Position numbers and translations under genes: made by a program. The notes under the pieces were generated by a model that searched no databases, was not told the origin of the DNA, and saw only the letters and a program-made list of their open reading frames with translations. From the NCBI GenBank assembly GCA_964057225.1, contig CAXKVF010000078.1:1-64000 (forward strand): 64,000 nt of DNA. Reading direction: 5' to 3'. This document shows positions 15,701-31,000 of the stretch, one piece after another. Source of the stretch: Auanema rhodensis. Taxonomy: Eukaryota > Animalia > Nematoda. The stretch's first letter is position 1, and every line of letters starts with the position of its first letter.

Positions 15701-17989
15701 TAAATTAAAGTTCACGTAAATTTCAAAGTCATGGTTACCATGCACCAATATCAATAAAAATTTGTTTTTAGACTAATATGGACATGGGGAATCTAATTTT
15801 GAAAACCGCATCTCTTTATCTTTCACGTGAAGCGAGTTACATACCAAGTGCACATCACGTGTACATTTAATTAGCATAAATTAAAGTTCACGTAAATTTC
15901 AAAGTCATGGTTACCATGAACTAATATCAATAAAAATTTGTTTTTAGACTAATATGGACATGGGGAATCTAATTTTGAAAACCGCATCTCTTTATCTTTC
16001 ACGTGAAGCGAGTTACATACCAAGTGCACATCACGTGTACATTTAATTAGCATAAATTAAAGTTCACGTAAATTTCAAAGTCATGGTTACCATGAAGCAA
16101 TATCAATAAAAATTTGTTTTTAGACTAATATGGACATGGGGAATCTAATTTTGAAAACCGCATCTCTTTATCTTTCACGTGAAGCGAGTTACATACCAAG
16201 TGCACATCACGTGTACATTTAATTAGCATAAATTAAAGTTCACGTAAATTTCAAAGTCATGGTTACCATGAACCAATATCAATAAAAATTTGTTTTTAGA
16301 CTAATATGGACATGGGGAATCTAATTTTGAAAACCGCATTTCTTTATCTTTCACGTGAAGCGAGTTACATACCAAGTGCACATCACGTGTACATTTAATT
16401 AGCATAAATTAAAGTTCACGTAAATTTCAAAGTCATGGTTACCATGCACCAATAACAATAAAAATTTGTTTTTAGACTAATATGGACATGGGGAATCTAA
16501 TTTTGAAAACCGCATCTCTTTATCTTTCACGTGAAGCGAGTTACATACCAAGTGCACATCACGTGTACATTTAATTAGCATAAATTAAAGTTCACGTAAA
16601 CTTCAAAGTCATGGTTACCATGAAGCAATATCAATAAAAATTTGTTTTTAGACTAATATGGACATGGGGAATCTAATTTTGAAAACCGCATCTCTTTATC
16701 TTTCACGTGAAGCGAGTTACATACCAAGTGCACATCACGTGTACATTTAATTAGCATAAATTAAAGTTCACGTAAATTTCAAAGTCATGGTTACCACGAA
16801 CCAATATCAATAAAAATTTGTTTTTAGACTAATATGGACATGGGGAATCTAATTTTGAAAACCGCATCTCTTTATCTTTCACGTGAAGCGAGTTACATAC
16901 CAAGTGCACATCACGTGTACATTTAATTAGCATAAATTAAAGTTCACGTAAATTTCAAAGTCATGGTTACCATGAACCAATATCAATAAAAATTTGTTTT
17001 TAGACTAATATGGACATGGGGAATCTAATTTTGAAAACCGCATCTCTTTATCTTTCACGTGAAGCGAGTTACATACCAAGTGCACATCACGTGTACATTT
17101 AATTAGCATAAATTAAAGTTCACGTAAATTTCAAAGTCATGGTTACCATGCACCAATATCAATAAAAATTTGTTTTTAGACTAATATGGACATGGGGAAT
17201 CTAATTTTGAAAACCGCATCTCTTTATCTTTCACGTGAAGCGAGTTACATACCAAGTGCACATCACGTGTACATTTAATTAGCATAAATTAAAGTTCACG
17301 TAAATTTCAAAGTCATGGTTACCATGAACTAATATCAATAAAAATTTGTTTTTAGACTAATATGGACATGGGGAATCTAATTTTGAAAACCGCATCTCTT
17401 TATCTTTCACGTGAAGCGAGTTACATACCAAGTGCACATCACGTGTACATTTAATTAGCATAAATTAAAGTTCACGTAAATTTCAAAGTCATGGTTACCA
17501 TGAACCAATATCAATAAAAATTTGTTTTTAGACTAATATGGACATGGGGAATCTAATTTTGAAAACCGCATCTCTTTATCTTTCACGTGAAGCGAGTTAC
17601 ATACCAAGTGCACATCACGTGTACATTTAATTAGCATAAATTAAAGTTCACGTAAATTTCAAAGTCATGGTTACCATGAACCAATATCAATAAAAATTTG
17701 TTTTTAGACTAATATGGACATGGGGAATCTAATTTTGAAAACCGCATTTCTTTATCTTCCACGTGAAGCGAGTTACATACCAAGTGCACATCACGTGTAC
17801 ATTTAATTAGCATAAATTAAACTTCACGTAAACTTCAAAGTCATGGTTACCATGAAGCAATATCAATAAAAATTTGTTTTTAGACTAATATGGACATGGG
17901 GAATCTAATTTTGAAAACCGCATCTCTTTATCTTTCACGTGAAGCGAGTTACATACCAAGTGCACATCACGTGTACATTTAATTAGCAT

Positions 17990-20900
17990 AAATTAAAGTT
18001 CACGTAAATTTCAAAGTCATGGTTACCATGAACCAATATCAATAAAAATTTGTTTTTAGACTAATATGGACATGGGGAATCTAATTTTGAAAACCGCATC
18101 TCTTTATCTTTCACGTGAAGCGAGTTACATACCAAGTGCACATCACGTGTACATTTAATTAGCATAAATTAAAGTTCACGTAAATTTCAAAGTCATGGTT
18201 ACCATGAAGCAATATCAATAAAAATTTGTTTTTAGACTAATATGGACATGGGGAATCTAATTTTGAAAACCGCATCTCTTTATCTTTCACGTGAAGCGAG
18301 TTACATACCAAGTGCACATCACGTGTACATTTAATTATCATGAATTAAAGTTCACGTAAATTTCAAAGTCATGGTTACCATGCACCAATATGAATAAAAA
18401 TTTGTTTTTAGACTAATATGGACATGGGGAATCTAATTTTGAAAACCGCATCTCTTTATCTTTCACGTGAAGCGAGTTACATACCAAGTGCACATCACGT
18501 GTACATTTAATTAGCATAAATTAAAGTTCACGTAAATTTTGTTTTTAGACTAATATGGACATGGGGAATCTAATTTTGAAAACCGCATCTCTTTATCTTT
18601 CACGTGAAGCGAGTTACATACCAAGTGCACATCACGTGTACATTTAATTAGCATAAATTAAAGTTCACGTAAATTTCAAAGTCATGGTTACCATGAAGCA
18701 ATATCAATAAAAATTTGTTTTTAGACTATTATGGACATGAGGAATCTAATTTTGAAAACCGCATCTCTTTATCTTTCACGTGAAGCGAGTTACATACCAA
18801 GTGCACATCACGTGTACATTTAATTAGCATAAATTAAAGTTCACGTAAATTTCAAAGTCATGGTTACCATGAACCAATATCAATAAAAATTTGTTTTTAG
18901 ACTAATATGGACATGGGGAATCTAATTTTGAAAACCGCATCTCTTTATCTTTCACGTGAAGCGAGTTACATACCAAGTGCACATCACGTGTACATTTAAT
19001 TAGCATAAATTAAAGTTCACGTAAATTTCAAAGTCATGGTTACCATGAAGCAATATCAATAAAAATTTGTTTTTAGACTAATATGGACATGGGGAATCTA
19101 ATTTTGAAAACCGCATCTCTTTATCTTTCACGTGAAGCGAGTTACATACCAAGTGCACATCACGTGTACATTTAATTAGCATGAATTAAAGTTCACGTAA
19201 ATTTCAAAGTCATGGTTACCATGCACCAATATCAATAAAAATTTGTTTTTAGACTAATATGGACATGGGGAATCTAATTTTGAAAACCGCATCTCTTTAT
19301 CTTTCACGTGAAGCGAGTTACATACCAAGTGCACATCACGTGTACATTTAATTATCATGAATTAAAGTTCACGTAAATTTCAAAGTCATGGTTACCATGC
19401 ACCAATATGAATAAAAATTTGTTTTTAGACTAATATGGACATGGGGAATCTAATTTTGAAAACCGCATCTCTTTATCTTTCACGTGAAGCGAGTTACATA
19501 CCAAGTGCACATCACGTGTACATTTAATTAGCATAAATTAAAGTTCACGTAAATTTTGTTTTTAGACTAATATGGACATGGGGAATCTAATTTTGAAAAC
19601 CGCATCTCTTTATCTTTCACGTGAAGCGAGTTACATACCAAGTGCACATCACGTGTACATTTAATTAGCATAAATTAAAGTTCACGTAAATTTCAAAGTC
19701 ATGGTTACCATGAAGCAATATCAATAAAAATTTGTTTTTAGACTATTATGGACATGAGGAATCTAATTTTGAAAACCGCATCTCTTTATCTTTCACGTGA
19801 AGCGAGTTACATACCAAGTGCACATCACGTGTACATTTAATTAGCATAAATTAAAGTTCACGTAAATTTCAAAGTCATGGTTACCATGAACCAATATCAA
19901 TAAAAATTTGTTTTTAGACTAATATGGACATGGGGAATCTAATTTTGAAAACCGCATCTCTTTATCTTTCACGTGAAGCGAGTTACATACCAAGTGCACA
20001 TCACGTGTACATTTAATTAGCATAAATTAAAGTTCACGTAAATTTCAAAGTCATGGTTACCATGAAGCAATATCAATAAAAATTTGTTTTTAGACTAATA
20101 TGGACATGGGGAATCTAATTTTGAAAACCGCATCTCTTTATCTTTCACGTGAAGCGAGTTACATACCAAGTGCACATCACGTGTACATTTAATTAGCATG
20201 AATTAAAGTTCACGTAAATTTCAAAGTCATGGTTACCATGCACCAATATCAATAAAAATTTGTTTTTAGACTAATATGGACATGGGGAATCTAATTTTGA
20301 AAACCGCATCTCTTTATCTTTCACGTGAAGCGAGTTACATACCAAGTGCACATCACGTGTACATTTAATTAGCATAAATTAAAGTTCACGTAAATTTCAA
20401 AGTCATGGTTACCATGCACCAATATCAATAAAAATTTGTTTTTAGACTAATATGGACATGGGGAATGTAATTTTGAAAACCGCATCTCTTTATCTTTCAC
20501 GTGAAGCGAGTTACATACCAAGTGCACATCACGTGTACATTTAATTAGCATAAATTAAAGTTCACGTAAATTTCAAAGTCATGGTTACCATGCACCAATA
20601 TCAATAAAAATTTGTTTTTAGACTAATATGGACATGGGGAATCTAATTTTGAAAACCGCATCTCTTTATCTTTCACGTGAAGCGAGTTACATACCAAGTG
20701 CACATCACGTGTACATTTAATTAGCATAAATTAAAGTTCACGTAAATTTCAAAGTCATGGTTACCATGCACCAATATCAATAAAAATTTGTTTTTAGACT
20801 AATATGGACATGGGGAATCTAATTTTGAAAACCGCATCTCTTTATCTTTCACGTGAAGCGAGTTACATACCAAGTGCACATCACGTGTACATTTAATTAG

Positions 20901-23900
20901 CATAAATTAAAGTTCACGTAAATTTCAAAGTCATGGTTACCATGAACCAATATCAATAAAAATTTGTTTTTAGACTAATATGGACATGGGGAATCTAATT
21001 TTGAAAACCGCATCTCTTTATCTTTCACGTGAAGCGAGTTACATACCAAGTGCACATCACGTGTACATTTAATTAGCATAAATTAAAGTTCACGTAAATT
21101 TCAAAGTCATGGTTACCATGAAGCAATATCAATAAAAATTTGTTTTTAGACTAATATGGACATGGGGAATCTAATTTTGAAAACCGCATCTCTTTATCTT
21201 TCACGTGAAGCGAGTTACATACCAAGTGCACATCACGTGTACATTTAATTATCATGAATTAAAGTTCACGTAAATTTCAAAGTCATGGTTACCATGCACC
21301 AATATGAATAAAAATTTGTTTTTAGACTAATATGGACATGGGGAATCTAATTTTGAAAACCGCATCTCTTTATCTTTCACGTGAAGCGAGTTACATACCA
21401 AGTGCACATCACGTGTACATTTAATTAGCATAAATTAAAGTTCACGTAAATTTTGTTTTTAGACTAATATGGACATGGGGAATCTAATTTTGAAAACCGC
21501 ATCTCTTTATCTTTCACGTGAAGCGAGTTACATACCAAGTGCACATCACGTGTACATTTAATTAGCATAAATTAAAGTTCACGTAAATTTCAAAGTCATG
21601 GTTACCATGAAGCAATATCAATAAAAATTTGTTTTTAGACTATTATGGACATGAGGAATCTAATTTTGAAAACCGCATCTCTTTATCTTTCACGTGAAGC
21701 GAGTTACATACCAAGTGCACATCACGTGTACATTTAATTAGCATAAATTAAAGTTCACGTAAATTTCAAAGTCATGGTTACCATGAACCAATATCAATAA
21801 AAATTTGTTTTTAGACTAATATGGACATGGGGAATCTAATTTTGAAAACCGCATCTCTTTATCTTTCACGTGAAGCGAGTTACATACCAAGTGCACATCA
21901 CGTGTACATTTAATTAGCATAAATTAAAGTTCACGTAAATTTCAAAGTCATGGTTACCATGAAGCAATATCAATAAAAATTTGTTTTTAGACTAATATGG
22001 ACATGGGGAATCTAATTTTGAAAACCGCATCTCTTTATCTTTCACGTGAAGCGAGTTACATACCAAGTGCACATCACGTGTACATTTAATTAGCATGAAT
22101 TAAAGTTCACGTAAATTTCAAAGTCATGGTTACCATGCACCAATATCAATAAAAATTTGTTTTTAGACTAATATGGACATGGGGAATCTAATTTTGAAAA
22201 CCGCATCTCTTTATCTTTCACGTGAAGCGAGTTACATACCAAGTGCACATCACGTGTACATTTAATTATCATGAATTAAAGTTCACGTAAATTTCAAAGT
22301 CATGGTTACCATGCACCAATATGAATAAAAATTTGTTTTTAGACTAATATGGACATGGGGAATCTAATTTTGAAAACCGCATCTCTTTATCTTTCACGTG
22401 AAGCGAGTTACATACCAAGTGCACATCACGTGTACATTTAATTAGCATAAATTAAAGTTCACGTAAATTTTGTTTTTAGACTAATATGGACATGGGGAAT
22501 CTAATTTTGAAAACCGCATCTCTTTATCTTTCACGTGAAGCGAGTTACATACCAAGTGCACATCACGTGGACATTTAATTAGCATAAATTAAAGTTCACG
22601 TAAATTTCAAAGTCATGGTTACCATGAAGCAATATCAATAAAAATTTGTTTTTAGACTATTATGGACATGAGGAATCTAATTTTGAAAACCGCATCTCTT
22701 TATCTTTCACGTGAAGCGAGTTACATACCAAGTGCACATCACGTGTACATTTAATTAGCATAAATTAAAGTTCACGTAAATTTCAAAGTCATGGTTACCA
22801 TGAACCAATATCAATAAAAATTTGTTTTTAGACTAATATGGACATGGGGAATCTAATTTTGAAAACCGCATCTCTTTATCTTTCACGTGAAGCGAGTTAC
22901 ATACCAAGTGCACATCACGTGTACATTTAATTAGCATAAATTAAAGTTCACGTAAATTTCAAAGTCATGGTTACCATGAAGCAATATCAATAAAAATTTG
23001 TTTTTAGACTAATATGGACATGGGGAATCTAATTTTGAAAACCGCATCTCTTTATCTTTCACGTGAAGCGAGTTACATACCAAGTGCACATCACGTGTAC
23101 ATTTAATTAGCATGAATTAAAGTTCACGTAAATTTCAAAGTCATGGTTACCATGCACCAATATCAATAAAAATTTGTTTTTAGACTAATATGGACATGGG
23201 GAATCTAATTTTGAAAACCGCATCTCTTTATCTTTCACGTGAAGCGAGTTACATACCAAGTGCACATCACGTGTACATTTAATTAGCATAAATTAAAGTT
23301 CACGTAAATTTCAAAGTCATGGTTACCATGCACCAATATCAATAAAAATTTGTTTTTAGACTAATATGGACATGGGGAATGTAATTTTGAAAACCGCATC
23401 TCTTTATCTTTCACGTGAAGCGAGTTACATACCAAGTGCACATCACGTGTACATTTAATTAGCATAAATTAAAGTTCACGTAAATTTCAAAGTCATGGTT
23501 ACCATGCACCAATATCAATAAAAATTTGTTTTTAGACTAATATGGACATGGGGAATCTAATTTTGAAAACCGCATCTCTTTATCTTTCACGTGAAGCGAG
23601 TTACATACCAAGTGCACATCACGTGTACATTTAATTAGCATAAATTAAAGTTCACGTAAATTTCAAAGTCATGGTTACCATGCACCAATATCAATAAAAA
23701 TTTGTTTTTAGACTAATATGGACATGGGGAATCTAATTTTGAAAACCGCATCTCTTTATCTTTCACGTGAAGCGAGTTACATACCAAGTGCACATCACGT
23801 GTACATTTAATTAGCATAAATTAAAGTTCACGTAAATTTCAAAGTCATGGTTACCATGCACCAATATCAATAAAAATTTGTTTTTAGACTAATATGGACA
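17990..23900. repeat. Nested higher-order repeat: a duplicated 6-mer (1017 bp) inside a duplicated 17-mer (2914 bp), carrying 137-bp deleted monomers; boundaries approximate
   Basis: Deletion junctions at 18540, 19557, 21454 and 22471 have spacings of 1017, 1897 and 1017. The GAATGTAA marker occurs at 20467 and 23381 (+2914). Confidence 0.92.
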
Positions 23901-26900
23901 TGGGGAATCTAATTTTGAAAACCGCATCTCTTTATCTTTCACGTGAAGCGAGTTACATACCAAGTGCACATCACGTGTACATTTAATTAGCATAAATTTA
24001 AGTTCACGTAAATTTCAAAGTCATGGTTACCATGCACCAATATCAATAAAAATTTGTTTTTAGACTAATATGGACATGGGGGATCTAATTTTGAAAACCG
24101 CATCTCTTTATCTTTCACGTGAAGCGAGTTACATACCAAGTGCACATCACGTGTACATTTAATTAGCATAAATTAAAGTTCACGTAAATTTCAAAGTCAT
24201 GGTTATCATGAACCAATATCAATAAAAATTTGTTTTTAGACTAATATGGACATGGGTAATCTAATTTTGAAAACCGCATCTCTTTATCTTTCACGTGAAG
24301 CGAGTTACATACCAAGTGCACATCACGTGTACATTTAATTAGCATAAATTAAAGTTCACGTAAATTTCAAAGTCATGGTTACCATGAACCAATATCAATA
24401 AAAATTTGTTTTTAGACTAATATGGACATGGGGAATCTAATTTTGAAAACCGCATCTCTTTATCTTTCACGTGAAGCGAGTTACATACCAAGTGCACATC
24501 ACGTGTACATTTAATTAGCATAAATTAAAGTTCACGTAAATTTCAAAGTCATCGTTACCATGCACCAATATCAATAAAAATTTGTTTTTAGACTAATATG
24601 GACATGGGGAATCTAATTTTGAAAACCGCATCTCTTTATCTTTCACGTGAAGCGAGTTACATACCAAGTGCACATCACGTGTACATTTAATTAGCATAAA
24701 TTAAAGTTCACGTAAATTTCAAAGTCATGGTTACCATGCACCAATATCAATAAAAATTTGTTTTTAGACTAATATGGACATGGGGAATCTAATTTTGAAA
24801 ACCGCATCTCTTTATCTTTCACGTGAAGCGAGTTACATACCAAGTGCACATCACGTGTACATTTAAATAGCATAAATTAAAGTTCACGTAAATTTCAAAG
24901 TCATGGTTACCATGCACCAATATCAATAAAAATTTGTTTTTAGACTAATATGGACATGGGGAATCTAATTTTGAAAACCGCATCTCTTTATCTTTCACGT
25001 GAAGCGAGTTACATACCAAGTGCACATCACGTGTACATTTAATTAGCATAAATTAAAGTTCACGTAAAATTCAAAGTCATGGTTACCATGCACCAATATC
25101 AATAAAAATTTGTTTTTAGACTAATATGGACATGGGGAATCTAATTTTGAAAACCGCATCTCTTTATCTTTCACGTGAAGCGAGTTACATACCAAGTGCA
25201 CATCACGTGTACATTTAATTAGCATAAATTAAAGTTCACGTAAATTTCAAAGTCATGGTTACCATGAACCAATATCAATAAAAATTTGTTTTTAGACTAA
25301 TATGGACATGGGGAATCTAATTTTGAAAACCGCATCTCTTTATCTTTCACGTGAAGCGAGTTACATACCAAGTGCACATCACGTGTACATTTAATTAGCA
25401 TAAATTAAAGTTCACGTAAATTTCAAAGTCATGGTTACCATGAACCAATATCAATAAAAATTTGTTTTTAGACTAATATGGACATGGGGAATCTAATTTT
25501 GAAAACCGCATCTCTTTATCTTTCACGTGAAGCGAGTTACATTCCAAGTGCACATCACGTGTACATTTAATTAGCATAAATTAAAGTTCACGTAAATTTC
25601 AAAGTCATGGTTACCATGAAGCAATATCGATAAAAATTTGTTTTTAGACTAATATGGACATGGGGAATCTAATTTTGAAAACCGCATCTCTTTATCTTTC
25701 ACGTGAAGCGAGTTACATACCAAGTGCACATCACGTGTACATTTAATTAGCATAAATTAAAGTTCACGTAAATTTCAAAGTCATGGTTACCATGAAGCAA
25801 TATCAATAAAAATTTGTTTTTAGACTAATATGGACATGGGGAATCTAATTTTGAAAACCGCATCTCTTTATCTTTCACGTGAAGCGAGTTACATACCAAG
25901 TGTACATCACGTGTACATTTAATTAGCATAAATTAAAGTTCACGTAAATTTCAAAGTCATGGTTACCATGAAGCAATATCAATAAAAATTTGTTTTTAGA
26001 CTAATATGGACATGGGGAATCTAATTTTGAAAACCGCATCTCTTTATCTTTCACGTGAAGCGAGTTACATACCAAGTGCACATCACGTGTACATTTAATT
26101 AGCATAAATTAAAGTTCACGTAAATTTCAAAGTCATGGTTACCATGAACCAATATCAATAAAAATTTGTTTTTAGACTAATATGGACATGGGGAATCTAA
26201 TTTTGAAAACCGCATCTCTTAATCTTTCACGTGAAGCGAGTTACATACCAAGTGCACATCACGTGTACATTTAATTAGCATGAATTAAAGTTCACGTAAA
26301 TTTCAAAGTCATGGTTACCATGAACCAATATCAATAAAATATTGTTTTTAGACTAATATGGACATGGGGAATCTAATTTTGAAAACCGCATCTCTTTATC
26401 TTTCTCGTGAAGCGAGTTACATACCAAGGGCACATCACGTGTACATTTAATTAGCATAAATTAAAGTTCACGTAAATTTCAAAGTCATGGTTACCATGAA
26501 CCAATATCAATAAAAATTTGTTTTTAGACTAATATGGACATGGGGAATCTAATTTTGAAAACCGCATTTCTTTATCTTTCACGTGAAGCGAGTTACATAC
26601 CGAGTGCACATCACGTGTACATTTAATTAGCATAAATTAAAGTTCACGTAAATTTCAAAGTCATGGTTACCATGCACCAATATCAATAAAAATTTGTTTT
26701 TAGACTAATATGGACATGGGGAATCTAATTTTGAAAACCGCATCTCTTTATCTTTCACGTGAAGCGAGTTACATACCAAGTGCACATCACGTGTACATTT
26801 AATTAGCATAAATTAAAGTTCACGTAAATTTCAAAGTCATGGTTACCATGAACCAATATCAATAAAAATTTGTTTTTAGACTAATATGGACATGGGGAAT

Positions 26901-28079
26901 CTAATTTTGAAAACCGCATCTCTTAATCTTTCACGTGAAGCGAGTTACATACCAAGTGCACATCACGTGTACATTTAATTAGCATGAATTAAAGTTCACG
27001 TAAATTTCAAAGTCATGGTTACCATGAACCAATATCAATAAAAATTTGTTTTTAGACTAATATGGACATGGGGAATCTAATTTTGAAAACCGCATCTCTT
27101 TATCTTTCTCGTGAAGCGAGTTACATACCAAGGGCACATCACGTGTACATTTAATTAGCATAAATTAAAGTTCACGTAAATTTCAAAGTCATGGTTACCA
27201 TGAACCAATATCAATAAAAATTTGTTTTTAGACTAATATGGACATGGGGAATCTAATTTTGAAAACCGCATTTCTTTATCTTTCACGTGAAGCGAGTTAC
27301 ATACCAAGTGCACATCACGTGTACATTTAATTAGCATAAATTAAAGTTCACGTAAATTTCAAAGTCATGGTTACCATGCACCAATATCAATAAAAATTTG
27401 TTTTTAGACTAATATGGACATGGGGAATCTAATTTTGAAAACCGCATCTCTTTATCTTTCACGTGAAGCGAGTTACATACCAAGTGCACATCACGTGTAC
27501 ATTTAATTAGCATGAATTAAAGTTCACGTAAATTTCAAAGTCATGGTTACCATGCACCAATATCAATAAAAATTTGTTTTTAGACTAATATGGACATGGG
27601 GAATCTAATTTTGAAAACCGCATCTCTTTATCTTTCACGTGAAGCGAGTTACATACCAAGTGCACATCACGTGTACATTTAATTAGCATAAATTAAAGTT
27701 CACGTAAATTTCAAAGTCATGGTTACCATGCACCAATATCAATAAAAATTTGTTTTTAGACTAATATGGACATGGGGAATGTAATTTTGAAAACCGCATC
27801 TCTTTATCTTTCACGTGAAGCGAGTTACATACCAAGTGCACATCACGTGTACATTTAATTAGCATAAATTAAAGTTCACGTAAATTTCAAAGTCATGGTT
27901 ACCATGCACCAATATCAATAAAAATTTGTTTTTAGACTAATATGGACATGGGGAATCTAATTTTGAAAACCGCATCTCTTTATCTTTCACGTGAAGCGAG
28001 TTACATACCAAGTGCACATCACGTGTACATTTAATTAGCATAAATTAAAGTTCACGTAAATTTCAAAGTCATGGTTACC

Positions 28080-31000
28080 ATGCGCCAATATCAATAAAAA
28101 TTTGTTTTTAGACTAATATGGACATGGGGAATCTAATTTTGAAAACCGCATCTCTTTATCTTTCACGTGAAGCGAGTTACATACCAAGTGCACATCACGT
28201 GTACATTCAATTAGCATAAATTAAAGTTCACGTAAATTTCAAAGTCATGGTTACCATGCACCAATATCAATAAAAATTTGTTTTTAGACTAATATGGACA
28301 TGGGGAATCTAATTTTGAAAACCGCATCTCTTTATCTTTCACGTGAAGCGAGTTACATACCAAGTGCACATCACGTGTACATTTAATTAGCATAAATTTA
28401 AGTTCACGTAAATTTCAAAGTCATGGTTACCATGCACCAATATCAATAAAAATTTGTTTTAAGACTAATATGGACATGGGGGATCTAATTTTGAAAACCG
28501 CATCTCTTTATCTTTCACGTGAAGCGAGTTACATACCAAGTGCACATCACGTGTACATTTAATTAGCATAAATTAAAGTTCACGTAAATTTCAAAGTCAT
28601 GGTTATCATGAACCAATATCAATAAAAATTTGTTTTTAGACTAATATGGACATGGGTAATCTAATTTTGAAAACCGCATCTCTTTATCTTTCACGTGAAG
28701 CGAGTTACATACCAAGTGCACATCACGTGTACATTTAATTAGCATAAATTAAAGTTCACGTAAATTTCAAAGTCATGGTTACCATGAACCAATATCAATA
28801 AAAATTTGTTTTTGGACTAATATGGACATGGGGAATCTAATTTTGAAAACCGCATCTCTTTATCTTTCACGTGAAGCGAGTTACATACCAAGTGCACATC
28901 ACGTGTACATTTAATTAGCATAAATTAAAGTTCACGTAAATTTCAAAGTCATGGTTACCATGCACCAATATCAATAAAAATTTGTTTTTAGACTAATATG
29001 GACATGGGGAATCTAATTTTGAAAACCGCATCTCTTTATCTTTCACGTGAAGCGAGTTACATACCAAGTGCACATCACGTGTACATTTAATTAGCATAAA
29101 TTAAAGTTCACGTAAATTTCAAAGTCATGGTTACCATGCACCAATATCAATAAAAATTTGTTTTTAGACTAATATGGACATGGGGAATCTAATTTTGAAA
29201 ACCGCATCTCTTTATCTTTCACGTGAAGAGAGTTACATACCAAGTGCACATCACGTGTACATTTAATTAGCATAAATTAAAGTTCACGTAAATTTCAAAG
29301 TCATGGTTACCATGAACCAATATCAATAAAAATTTGTTTTTAGACTAATATGGACATGGGGAATCTAATTTTGAAAACCGCATCTCTTAATCTTTCACGT
29401 GAAGCGAGTTACATACCAAGTGTACATCACGTGTACATTTAATTAGCATGAATTAAAGTTCACGTAAATTTCAAAGTCATGGTTACCATGAACCAATATC
29501 AATAAAAATTTGTTTTTAGACTAATATGGACATGGGGAATCTAATTTTGAAAACCGCATCTCTTTATCTTTCTCGTGAAGCGAGTTACATACCAAGGGCA
29601 CATCACGTGTACATTTAATTAGCATAAATTAAAGTTCACGTAAATTTCAAAGTCATGGTTACCATGAACCAATATCAATAAAAATTTGTTTTTAGACTAA
29701 TATGGACATGGGGAATCTAATTTTGAAAACCGCATTTCTTTATCTTTCACGTGAAGCGAGTTACATACCAAGTGCACATCACGTGTACATTTAATTAGCA
29801 TAAATTAAAGTTCACGTAAATTTCAAAGTCATGGTTACCATGCACCAATATCAATAAAAATTTGTTTTTAGACTAATATGGACATGGGGAATCTAATTTT
29901 GAAAACCGCATCTCTTTATCTTTCACGTGAAGCGAGTTACATACCAAGTGCACATCACGTGTACATTTAATTAGCATGAATTAAAGTTCACGTAAATTTC
30001 AAAGTCATGGTTACCATGCACCAATATCAATAAAAATTTGTTTTTAGACTAATATGGACATGGGGAATCTAATTTTGAAAACCGCATCTCTTTATCTTTC
30101 ACGTGAAGCGAGTTACATACCAAGTGCACATCACGTGTACATTTAATTAGCATAAATTAAAGTTCACGTAAATTTCAAAGTCATGGTTACCATGCACCAA
30201 TATCAATAAAAATTTGTTTTTAGACTAATATGGACATGGGGAATGTAATTTTGAAAACCGCATCTCTTTATCTTTCACGTGAAGCGAGTTACATACCAAG
30301 TGCACATCACGTGTACATTTAATTAGCATAAATTAAAGTTCACGTAAATTTCAAAGTCATGGTTACCATGCACCAATATCAATAAAAATTTGTTTTTAGA
30401 CTAATATGGACATGGGGAATCTAATTTTGAAAACCGCATCTCTTTATCTTTCACGTGAAGCGAGTTACATACCAAGTGCACATCACGTGTACATTTAATT
30501 AGCATAAATTAAAGTTCACGTAAATTTCAAAGTCATGGTTACCATGCACCAATATCAATAAAAATTTGTTTTTAGACTAATATGGACATGGGGAATCTAA
30601 TTTTGAAAACCGCATCTCTTTATCTTTCACGTGAAGCGAGTTACATACCAAGTGCACATCACGTGTACATTTAATTAGCATAAATTTAAGTTCACGTAAA
30701 TTTCAAAGTCATGGTTACCATGCACCAATATCAATAAAAATTTGTTTTTAGACTAATATGGACATGGGGGATCTAATTTTGAAAACCGCATCTCTTTATC
30801 TTTCACGTGAAGCGAGTTACATACCAAGTGCACATCACGTGTACATTTAATTAGCATAAATTAAAGTTCACGTAAATTTCAAAGTCATGGTTATCATGAA
30901 CCAATATCAATAAAAATTTGTTTTTAGACTAATATGGACATGGGTAATCTAATTTTGAAAACCGCATCTCTTTATCTTTCACGTGAAGCGAGTTACATAC

